Positions 25,028 to 35,100 of a stretch of DNA of 64,000 bases are shown one piece after another. The translations under genes were made by a program, and so were the position numbers. Source of the DNA: Scenedesmus sp. PABB004 (taxonomy: Eukaryota); the NCBI GenBank assembly GCA_014905635.1, contig JABVCE010000012.1:806001-870000 (forward strand). The letters run 5' to 3'. The notes under the pieces were generated by a model. The model saw only the letters and a program-made list of their open reading frames with translations. It was not told where the DNA came from and did no database searches. Positions within the stretch are counted from its first letter, which is position 1. Every line of letters starts with the position of its first letter.

Positions 25028-28000
25028 ATGGCTTCCGGCTACGAGCGGCCACGCAAGAAGCTGGGGTGGCTGAGCGCCAAGCTGGGCTCCCTCGTCGGCC
25101 CCAAGCACCGGCCGTGCGCCGGGGGCGAGGACTGGGGCGCCCCGGGCCTGGGCGTCGCAGCGCCGGGCGGCGGCTGCTCGCCGCTCGACGCGCACAACCC
25201 GGCGCGACGCCGCACGCTGCTGCTCGGCGACGCCGCGGCGGCCAAGCCCGGCCGGCCCGCGCGGGGCGACTGCGGCCAGGTCGCGCCGGTGTCGGATCAG
25301 GCCAGCGCCGCCGCGAGGTGCGCGGCTCCGGGGGGCCACGTGCCCGGTGCGCCGCGCGCCGCCCGCCGGCCGCTGACCGCGCGCGCGCGCGCGCCGGCGC
25401 CCGCCGCAGGATCGAGGACGTGCCGCTGTCGAGCTTTGCGAGCGAGCAGCTGGGCAGCGAGGCGAGCCTGTCCGAGTCGGTGCTCGCGGCGACGGCGCAC
25501 ATGGCCGCGCTGCGGCGCCTGCTGGTGGGGCACATCAGCGAGACGCACGGCGCGAGCGCCGGCGGCGGCGGCGCGCTGGTGGGGCCCGACCTGCTGGCGG
25601 CGGCGGCGGCGGCGGCGGCGACGGGAGCGCAGCAGCTGGGCCGCGAGCAGCGACGAGGCGGCGCCATCGCGAGTGAGTGCGGCGGCTGCGGCGGCGGCAC
25701 CCGCGGGCTCCGCGCAGCAGCGCCTCAACCCCCGCCCCGCCCCGCCCGCAGGCGGCGCGGCGTCGCTGCGCGCGAGCGTGAGCAGCCGGCTGCCGGACGG
25801 CGACGCGGGTGCCGTCGGCGCCGACGCGGCCGCCGCGGCGCTGCTGGCGGACCAGATGCAGCTGCAGGACCTCGTGCACACGCTGATTGCCGACCACCGC
25901 GCGAGCCTGCTCGAGCGCCGCCGCCTGCAGCAGCAGCTCGCGGCCGCGCAGGCAGCGCTCGCGGAGGAGCGGCTGGACAAGGACCGCGTCGCGGCGCTGG
26001 CCGAGCTGCGGTGCGGCGCGGCAGCGGCGGGCGCGGCCGCGGCGGCTGGCAGCGCCGCCGAGCCGACCCGGCCGCCGCCCCGCGCAGGTCCGAGGAGGCG
26101 AGCGCGGCGCGCGCCGACCTCGCCGCCGCGTCGGCCACCGTGCAGCAGCTCCACGCCGTGCGCGCCATCAGCAGCCGGCGCATCGAGGTGCCGCCGGGCG
26201 CGGCAGGCAGCGTGGCCGCGCCCGGCGCCGAGCTGGGCGACGACCCGGGCAGCATCATCAGCCCCACCGTGACGCCTGCCAAGCCGCCGCCGCGCGCGGA
26301 CGCGGAGGAGCTGGCGCAGCAGAGCAGCTGGCAGGACCTGCGCGCCGTCATCGGCCCAGCGCCCAGCTCGGCAGCAGCGCCCGGCGGCGCCGCGCGGCAG
26401 CCCGGGCCTGCGGCCAGCGGCAGGGCGGCGGGCGCCGCGTTTGGCCGGGCGATCAGCGGCCGGCTGGCCGGGGCGCGCAAGGCAGCGAGCGGCGCTAGGG
26501 CGGGGGCGCAGCCGCGCAGCGCCGTCGCGGCTGCTGTGGCCAGTGGCCAGCGCACCACGCGGCAGCGGCGCCTGCTGGGCGAGCCGCTGCCGGGCGGCGG
26601 CGGCGCGCCGAGCAGCGGGCGGGCCAGCGGGGCCGGCCAGGCGCTGCCCGCCGAGGCGGCCTGCGACGCCTCTGTGCACGTGCAGCTGCTGGAGCAGGCG
26701 CCGCCGTCCGGGGCGGTCCCTGCGTGCCCCGCCGAGGGCGCCAAGCAGCCGGCGGGAGTGCCTTCAGCCGCAGCCAAGCTGGCGGGCAAGCAGGCGGCGT
26801 CACTGGAGCGGCTGCTGCTCCAGCGGCTGACGATGGGTGGCCAGGCCGGGGGGCAGCGCGCGCTGAGCAGCAGCATGGACACAGACGGCTCCGCGCTCGC
26901 CATCAACTGGGCGGACGCGGACGCCGCCGCCGCCGCCGCCGCAGCGGGACTCACCGCGGCGCAGCTGCAGCAGCTGCTGCAGCGGCCGTGGGCGCACGGG
27001 CGCGACGGGACCGTTGACATGGCCGCAGCAGCGGCTGCGCTGTCCCAGCAGGACTCTGATGGCCGCGAAGGGGGCAGCGAGGGCTCCGAGGCCGGCGACT
27101 ACGACGCGGAGAGCAGTGGCAGCGGCAGCGGCAGCGAAGAAGGCGGCCGCGGCAGCGACGAAGGCAGCAGCAGCAGCAGCGGCGCCGACGGCAGCGGCGC
27201 CGGCAGCAGCAGCGGCGGCAGCAGCGACGCAGAAGGCAGCGACGAGGAGGGCGGCGACGTGCTGCTGGGCCAGCCGCACATCCCGGGCGGGGGCGTGAGC
27301 GCGGGCGCGGCGGGCCGCCAGTGGGCGCGGCAGCAGCCGTCGCACGCGCATGCGGGCGGCGCCGTGTGCAGCAGCAACGGCAGCAGCTGGCCGGGCATGC
27401 GGGCGTCGCTGCTGGCGCCGCAGCCGGGCGGCGGCGCGCCGGCCAAGCCGGCCTCGCCCGCGCGGCCGCGGCCGTCTGCGCGCCTGCGCAGCCGCGCGGC
27501 GCCGGTGCAGCTGTCGGCGTCGCTGGACAACGCGGAGTCGCTGTCGGTCAACACCGCGGCGGGGCGTGCCAGCCAGCGCAGCAGCGTCACGGGCGCGGCA
27601 ACGTGCCCGCACGGCTGCGCCGACGGGGCCGCGTGCGCGTGCTGCGCGCACCTCGCGGCGGAGGCGGCCGAGGCCGCCGCCGCGACGAGCGGCCGGCGCG
27701 AGGAGCAGGAGCAGCGGCGGCACGCGCCGGCGGCGGCGGGCGGCGAGCTGGTGCTGCAGGCGTCGGCCGAGAACCTGGGCGCCGCGATGTGCAGGCGCAA
27801 GCTGGGCCTGCCGGCCGCGCAGCTGCCCCCAGGCTCGGCGCGGCAGCGGCCGCCCGTGCCGGCGGAGCCGCCGCTCGGCAGGCGCGTGCGCAGCCAGGGT
27901 GGCGTGGCCGGCGGCGTCTGGGAGGAGCGCAGCGACGCGGGCTCGGAGGCGTCGGACCTCGCGGGCGGCGGCGGCAGCGTCGCGTCGGCGGCCACGGCCA

Positions 28001-28780
28001 CCACCAACATGAGCAGCCTGGCGGCGGTCGACCTCACCGCCCCGCGCGCCCAGGCTCGGCCGCGGCCGGCCGGCGTGCCGCGGCTCGCGCTGGCGGGCGG
28101 CGCCGACGCGGCGGCGCGCGGTCAGCAGCAGCAGGCCGGCGGCGGCCGGGGGCTGCTGGGGGCGCCGGATGATGTCGCGCCGCTGATCGCGCAGCCTGGC
28201 AGCAGCCGCGCGCGGCCCCCGGGCAGCGGCACGCCGCGCGGCGGCGGCGCGCCGGCCGGCCTCGCCGTCGAGCGCGGCGGCGGCAGCTTCACGCTTGGCG
28301 CGGCGCGGCTGGGCAGCTTCACGGGCGGCCAGCCCCCGCTCACGGCGCGGCCCTCGACGGCGGGCGCGGCGCCCGGCGGCGGCGCCGGCGCGCCCGGGGG
28401 CTACTGGGGGTCCAGCGCTGGCTCCTGCCCACCGAGCGGCGAGCCCAGCCGGCAGCCGACGCCCACCGACCTGCACGGCGCGCGCGCCCGCGCCGGCGGG
28501 CCGGGGCCCCGAGCCGCCGCTGCCCGCCCGGCCCGGCGGCACGCCGCGCGGCGCCGTCGCCGCAGGGCCGGCGGGCCCGCCGCCGCACGGCGGCGGCGCC
28601 GCAGCCGTTGCCGGCCCCGCGGCCGCCGGCCCGCGGCGGCGGCGGCGGCGGCGACGGGGCCGGCCTGCGCGGCGTCGGTGCGGCCCGCCCACCTCTACAA
28701 GAGCGTGAGCACGGTGTATGCGATGTACAGCCCGCTCACGTCGGGGCTCCGCGGCATGGCCGCGCACGCGGGCCGCCCGA

Positions 28781-28821
<41 letters not shown>

Positions 28822-30445
28822 GCCGCCGCGCCGCTGCCTGCCGCGGCGGGCCTCCTCGGCGGCGCGCCCGCGCTCGTGCCCGCGGGCGCGGCGGCGGGCG
28901 TCGTCCGCGACGCGAGCACGCCCGGCGCCGAGTGGCACTGGCAGGCGCTGCTCGGCACCGTGCCGGAGGAGGAGGGCGTGCTCTGGGGCGACGTGCGGCT
29001 GTCGGTTGAGCAGTCGGCCGCGCTCGCGGCCGACCCCAGCGCCTCGGCCGTGATCTACCAGAGCCTCTCCGACGCGGCGGCGGCGGCCGCCGCGGCCGCC
29101 GCCGCGGCCGCGGCCGAGGCGGCCGAGGCCGGCGGCGCCGCGCCGCCGCCAGGGCTCGCCCTCGTCGCGTCGTCGGACCGCGTCTACTATTTTTTCGAGG
29201 ACGGCGGCGTCCCGCCCGCGATCACGCTGCATGGCGACGGCGGCGGCGGCGGCGCGGGCCTGCCGTCGCTGGAGGAGCTGCGCGCGGCGGTGGCCGCCGA
29301 GGCTACCGCCGCCGCGGCCGCGGCGGGCGGCGGGCCGGGGGCGCAGCTGGCGCTGGAGCCGCCGCCGACGGCGCAGCAGCAGCAGCAGTCGCCGCAGCAG
29401 CCGGAGCGCGACGTGGTGGAGCGGGGGCCGGTCATGCACCCCGCCGCCGTGTCGCCGGCCGCGGCGCAGCGGCGCAGCCAGGTGCGCGTGGCGCTGCCGG
29501 CCGCAGCGGCCGCCGCGGCGGCGACGCTGTCGTCCGCCGCCTTCTCGCCGGGCGGACTGGCGACGCAGCTGGGCCCGCTCACGGCGTCGTCCCCCACGCG
29601 GCGCAGCCTGGCCGGCAGCCTGGCAGCCGCGCCGCCGGGGGCCTGGCAGCGACGGCGGCGCCGCGCAGAAGCTCGCTGCCGTCAGACCCAGAATCAGGAG
29701 CGCCGGCGGCAGCGCGCAGCAGCAGCAGCAGCAGCAGGAGCCGCAGCCAGCAGCGCGCGTCGCAAGCCAGGGGCAGCCTGCAGATTGGGGCCATGGGCTC
29801 GCCCGTTGCAACGAGCAGCGGCCAGCCGCTCGGCGGCAGCTCGACGCCGCCGCGCGGCAGCGGCGCCAGTGGCACCAGCCGCCGCCGCCGCAGCCAGAGT
29901 CGCGGCCGCAGCAGCAGCCGCACGGCGCCAGCGAGGCGGCGGCCCGCGCCAGCCGCTCGAGCAGCGGCGCCGGCGCGAGCCGCGCCAGCGGCGGCAGCCG
30001 CCGCGGCTCCGCGGCTGCGCGGGTGGCGGCGGCGGCTGCGTCGCCGGGCGCCGGCCCGGGCGGCGGCCTCGGCGGCCAGCCCGGCGCTGCCGCGGCGCTG
30101 GAGGCGGCCGAGCAGCTGCTGGTGACGAGCTACCACAACCCCCTGGTGGCCCTCGAGGCGGCAGGCTTTGGCGCGGACGACAGCGACGCACTGCTGCGCG
30201 CGGGCCTCGCGCCCGGCCTGAGCGCGGCGGCGGGCGCGCCCGGCGGCGGCGGGGCCGCGCGCGACGAGGGCGCGCCGGGCGGCGTCGCCGCGGAGGCCGT
30301 GCCCGCGCACGTCACGCCGCTCGGCAAGGAGCGCTCGCGTGGCGACGGCGGCGGCGAGGTGGAGGGCGAGAGCAGCGCGGGCGGGCAGCTGCACTGGAAC
30401 CCGCTGTACATCGCAGACGGCCGCGGGTTGCTGGCCAGCTACTGA
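25028..30445 (+). CDS. Large low-complexity protein with an N-terminal coiled coil; apparent frameshifts at about 28490-28690 and 29640
   Basis: Long coding-like frames (LLADQMQLQDLVHTLIADHRASLLERRRLQQQL; SDRVYYFFEDG; LHWNPLYIADGRGLLASY-stop) and 5' GT-AG introns. Confidence 0.65.
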
Positions 30446-30980
30446 GGCGCCTCGCCGCAGCGCGTGCGCGGGCGGCCCCTGGCGGCGGCGTTCACATGGC
30501 GCGTTGCACGCGCGCGCCGGCGAGTTAACTGCTCCTGTCCGCGCGCCGCGCCAGCTCTCCCGCGGCCGCCAACAGCCCGGGCCGGCCCAAAAATGCGACT
30601 CAGTCGAGAGGCTCAGTGGTTGTGGGTGATGGTGCTACACACTCGAGTGACGAGGGGGATGCCTGGGGCAGGTCAATTGGTACAGCCGGCGCCGCTCGAT
30701 GGTGATGTACAACACGTGCCCTCGGTCACACGCACGCAGGCGAGCCGCCCGCCGCCAGGCCACCGCAGCGGCGACCCTTTCAAACGCGGGCGGGCACGCG
30801 CGCGCGCCGGCCGTTGCCGGGCCGCGCCGCCGCGCCGCCGGCCGCTCTCTATCTATCGTACAGCCGCCCCGCGCCCGGCCGCGCGCGCGGCGGTGTTTGT
30901 GTGGTACATCATACAGCTGCCCCCCCCCCCCCCCCTGGCCAGCTGGCCTGCAGGTGGGCGGTGCGCTCACGCTGCGCCGC

Positions 30981-31490
30981 TCACTTCATGCCCGACACCA
31001 GCGCCTCGGCGAGCGCGGCGAGGCGGAGCAGCTGCCAGACGACGACCGCCGCGACGACCGCGTCGTGCGCGGCGGCCCAGCCGCGCCACGCGAGGTTGCG
31101 GGAGTAGCGCTGCTCCAGCTTCCAGGTGTAATACTCGACCTGGCGGCGGCGGCCGCGGCGGCGGCGGCGAGGTGGTGGGGCGCCGCCGGGCGGCGCGCGG
31201 CGCCCGCTGCCCCGACCGGCAGCCGCCGCCGGGCGCACCATTTGGTGGTAGCGCGGGCTGCGCGGAGAGGAAGGGGTTGGGCGCAGGCAGAGGCGGCGTG
31301 AGGCGCGAGGGCCGGCCGCGCGCACGGCAGCAGCAGCAGCAGCGGCGCCAGCGGGCAGCGGGCCGCACCTGCGCCGGTAGGGCTTGCACAGGGAGACCGC
31401 CATGCCCCTGGCGCCGCAGGCCAGGACCTCCTTGCCCAGCGCCGGCAGGTGCACGAGCACCGGCAGGCCGAGCCCCGGCAGCAGCGGCAT
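30981..31490 (-). CDS. Possible small hypothetical protein
   Basis: Coding-like segments MPLLPGLGLPVLVHLPALGKEVL and VEYYTWKLEQRYSRNLAWRGW...; splicing phase unresolved. Confidence 0.35.
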   Translation of the reverse strand: MPLLPGLGLPVLVHLPALGKEVLACGARGMAVSLCKPYRRRCGPLPAGAAAAAAAVRAAGPRASRRLCLRPTPSSPRSPRYHQMVRPAAAAGRGSGRRAPPGGAPPPRRRRRGRRRQVEYYTWKLEQRYSRNLAWRGWAAAHDAVVAAVVVWQLLRLAALAEALVSGMK

Positions 31491-31811
31491 CGCAGCAGCA
31501 GGCCGCGCTGCCTGCTGCCTAGTGGCAGGCCGCTGCTGCTGCCTCGTGGTGGCAGGCCGCGGTGCCTGCTGCCTGGTGGTGGTCACCCACGCTGTGGCGG
31601 CGCAGCGGCGCGGCGGCTGGGCGGGCAGCGAGCGCGACCGTCGTCAAAACTCAAACCCCGCCAGCAGCTGGGCCGCCGCTGCTCCCGCCGGTCCCCCCGC
31701 TCCGCCCGCACAGCGCCCGCGCACGTGCCAGCTCCGCGAGCGAGCGGCGAGCGGCCGGCGGCGGCGGCGCCGCGCGCAGCAGCAGCGCGCGCTGTGCACG
31801 CAGCGGCGGCG

Positions 31812-32148
31812 ATGGACGACGACGGCGGCGAGCTCTGCGAGTGCCCCGTCTGCGGCCTGTTCCTGCCCTGCGCTGAAATCGAGGCGCACGCGGGCGGCCA
31901 CTTTGGCGCGAGCCAGCCGGCGGCGGCGTCGGCGGCGGAGCAGCAGCAGGCGCGGGCGCGCGAGCCGCCGGACGACTGCGTGCTGCTCGATGACGACGGC
32001 GACGCGGTGGCCTGCCCCTACGGCTGCGGCGCGCTGGTGGCGCTGGCCGACCTCGACAGCCACGAGGAGGCGCACCGGTCCGCGGCGGCCGCGGCGCGGC
32101 GCAGCGCGGCGCCGGCCGCGCGCACGCACGCCCAGCGCCCTGCCTTCG

Positions 32149-32181
<33 letters not shown>

Positions 32182-35100
32182 CCCGCAGGCTGCAGGAGAT
32201 GGAGGCGCAGCACGCGAGCGCGGCGCAGGCGGCGCTGCAGCAGGAGCACGAGGAGCTGCAAAAGCAGTTTGGCTTCTCGGACAAGGTGAGGCGCCAGCGA
32301 CCAGCTGAGGCAGCAGCGGACACGGGCTCAACCGCGCCTGCGGCGGCTGCAACCGCCCCACAACCGCCCGCGCAACCGCCGCCGCAGCGGCCCGGCAAGT
32401 GTTGTGCCTGCGGCGAGGAGGGCCACTGGGCGGTCGAGTGCCCCCGCAGCACGGCGGTGGCCGCCGTCAGGTGCCGGCGGCGCCTCGCGAGCGCGCCGGC
32501 CGCCCGTGCCCCTCACGCGCTCGCCTCACGCAGCTACCCGCGCGCAGGGGCCGCGCGCCGCTGAGCACGGAGCCGGAGCAGCTGGCCGTGGCGCAGGCGC
32601 CCGACCCGCACCCCGAAGTGCACGGCGTCGACGTCGTGCCGCTGCTGGCGGCGTGCTTCGCCGCGCAGCCCAAGGCCCACAGCACCGTGCTGCTCTCGGG
32701 CGAGCGCGCGCTGCGGGGCGCGCCGCGGGCGGCGCGCAGCGCACGCGCGGGCACCCAGCGCCGCACCGCCGCCGCCCGCCCGCTGCGCGCCAGGCTCCGT
32801 CGGCTTCCACAGCGGCAGCGGCGCGCCCGACATCGGCTGGGGGTGCGGCTTTCGCAACATCCAGATGCAGGCGCGCCGCCCGGGCGCCGCGCGGCGCGGC
32901 TGCGGCTGGGCCCCGCCGGCCGCCCCTGCCTGGCGCGCCGCGGCCGACCCGGCGCGCCGCTGCTGCCCAGGCGTCCCACCTGCTCATGGCGGGCGGCGCG
33001 GCGTACCGCGAGGCGCTGTTCGGCGGCTGCGGCTTCGTGCCAGACGTCGGTGCGGCCGCGACGCGCGCGCCGCGCGCGCTGTGCGGTAGCGGTCTCAGCG
33101 GCGGCGGCGCCGCCAACGCCCGCGCCGCCCGCGCTGCAGCGTCGCTGCAGGCGTGGCTCGAGGCGGCGTGGGCGGCCGGCTACGACCCCGGCGGCGCGGC
33201 GATGTTTGGGCGGAGCGTGCAGGGCTCGCGCAAGTGGATCGGCGCGACCGAGGCGGCGGCGCTGCTCCGCTCCTTTGGCTGCCGCGCCCTGCTCACTGAG
33301 TTCCATGGTGCGCGCGGCGGCGGCGGCAGCGGCGCGGCCGTTCTTTTTTTCGTGTTTTTTGGGGGGGGGGGGCTCTCCAAGGTGTTGCTGCGTTTATGTT
33401 CGTTTCGCGTCGCCGCGCGCCGGCGCGCGGGGCCGCCCCCTGCGCCGCACGCGCCCCGCCGCGCCGCGCTCGCTAGCCCGCCGCGGGGCGGTAGGCGTAG
33501 ATCATGTGGAGGTTGCAGGCTCTGAACCGCGGCTCCTGCGTGACGTCCACGGCAAAGCCCTTGCCGCGCAGCAGCGCGCACGTGCGGCCCACGCGGCCGT
33601 CGATGTCGTGCACCTGCGCGCTGACCTGCCGGATCTGCGGCGGCGGCGCGCGGCGAGCGGCGGCGTGAGCGTGAGCGCGCCGAGCCGGCAGCGCGCAGCC
33701 GCGCGCCCGCGTCGTGCGCGCGCGCGCGCCTTGGGCCAGTCGCGGTCGTCCACGCCCGCCAGCACGTCCCACTCGGCGCGCTCGACGTTGATTTTGAGGA
33801 GCCCCACCTCCCTGCGCGGCCGCGGGGCCGCGGGGCCGGTCGGCCGGCCCGGGCGGGCGCGGACGCCGCGCTCCGCCGCCCGCCCGCGGCGCACGGCGGG
33901 CGGCGCGGCGCGCGGCGCGCACTTGATTCCGTGCTCCGCGATCAGCTCCGACACGGTGACCATGCGGCACACCAGCGACTCCGCGGGGCGCAGCAGCAGC
34001 GCGCGGAACGCGAGCGAGTGGATGCACCGGTAGAGGGACGGCGAGCAGCTGTGGGGGGCGCGCGCCGCCGGCGCGTGCGTGCGTGCGTCGGCAGGGGTTC
34101 AGGCGCGCCGGGGCGCCGCCGCCGCCGCGGCTGCCGCGCGCCGCGCCGTGCGCCGCACCGCGCGAGCGCCTTGCCCACGTCCTCCAGCCGCGAGAAGCTC
34201 TGCGGCCGGTGCAGCACCAGGCTGCGGGGCGGCGCGGCGCGGTCAGCGCGCCGTCCTGCGAGCGCGCCCTGCGAGCGCGCCCTGCGAGCGCTTCCTGCAA
34301 GCGTGCGCGGCGCGCCTGAACGTCGCCGCCGCCGCGTCTGCGTCGTCGGGGTACATCGTGCTCATCGCGGTCAGGCGCGGGTAGTACACAAACGCACGCG
34401 CCGGCCGGCTGCCCGCGTCGCCCACGCCTGCGCGCGCGCGCGCGGTGAGCCCTGCGACGTGGCGCGCGGCGGCGGCGGCGGCGGCGGCGGCCGCGGCGGC
34501 GGCCGCGCCGCGCACCCGCGCGCACGGGCACGATGCGCGCGACCTTGAGCCCGCGCGCCGCCGCCCACGCGGCGTAGCGCGCGGCGTTGGCCTCGAGCGC
34601 GTCGCAGACGTCGGGGATGGGCTCGATCGCGTACACCGTCCCCGCCTCGCCGACGACGGGCGCAGCCATGCGGGCAAAGCTGCCGACGTTGGCCCCGCAG
34701 TCGAGCACGACGTCGCCTGCGGCGCGGTTGCGGTTGCGGTTTCGGCTGCTGCAGGCGAGCTCAGCGCAGCTGCCCGCGACCCGGGCCAGCTGGTGCCAGG
34801 GCCGCCGGCCGCCGCCGCTGCCGGCGCCGGCCGGCGGTTGGCGTGCCGCGCTGCCGCCGCCGCCGCCTCGCCTGGCCGCAGCGCAATCGCGCCCTGGTCA
34901 AAGTAGATCTGGTTGTCGCGGTTGGACACCGCCTCGGCCGCGGCGTCGGCGTGGCTGACGGCCAGCAGCTCCAGGCCCGGCAGCGCGGCATCGCTGAACG
35001 CTCGCAGCCGCGGCGGCGGCCGCGGCTTGCCGCCCATGCCGGCCTCAAGCACGTACGACGACTCCGGAGTGCTTACACGCTCGCCGCTGGACCGCACGGG

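Noticed and set aside
31500..31585. Three imperfect repeats of about 25-30 bp resembling an array
   Set aside because: No unique spacers and no cas genes; an ordinary minisatellite
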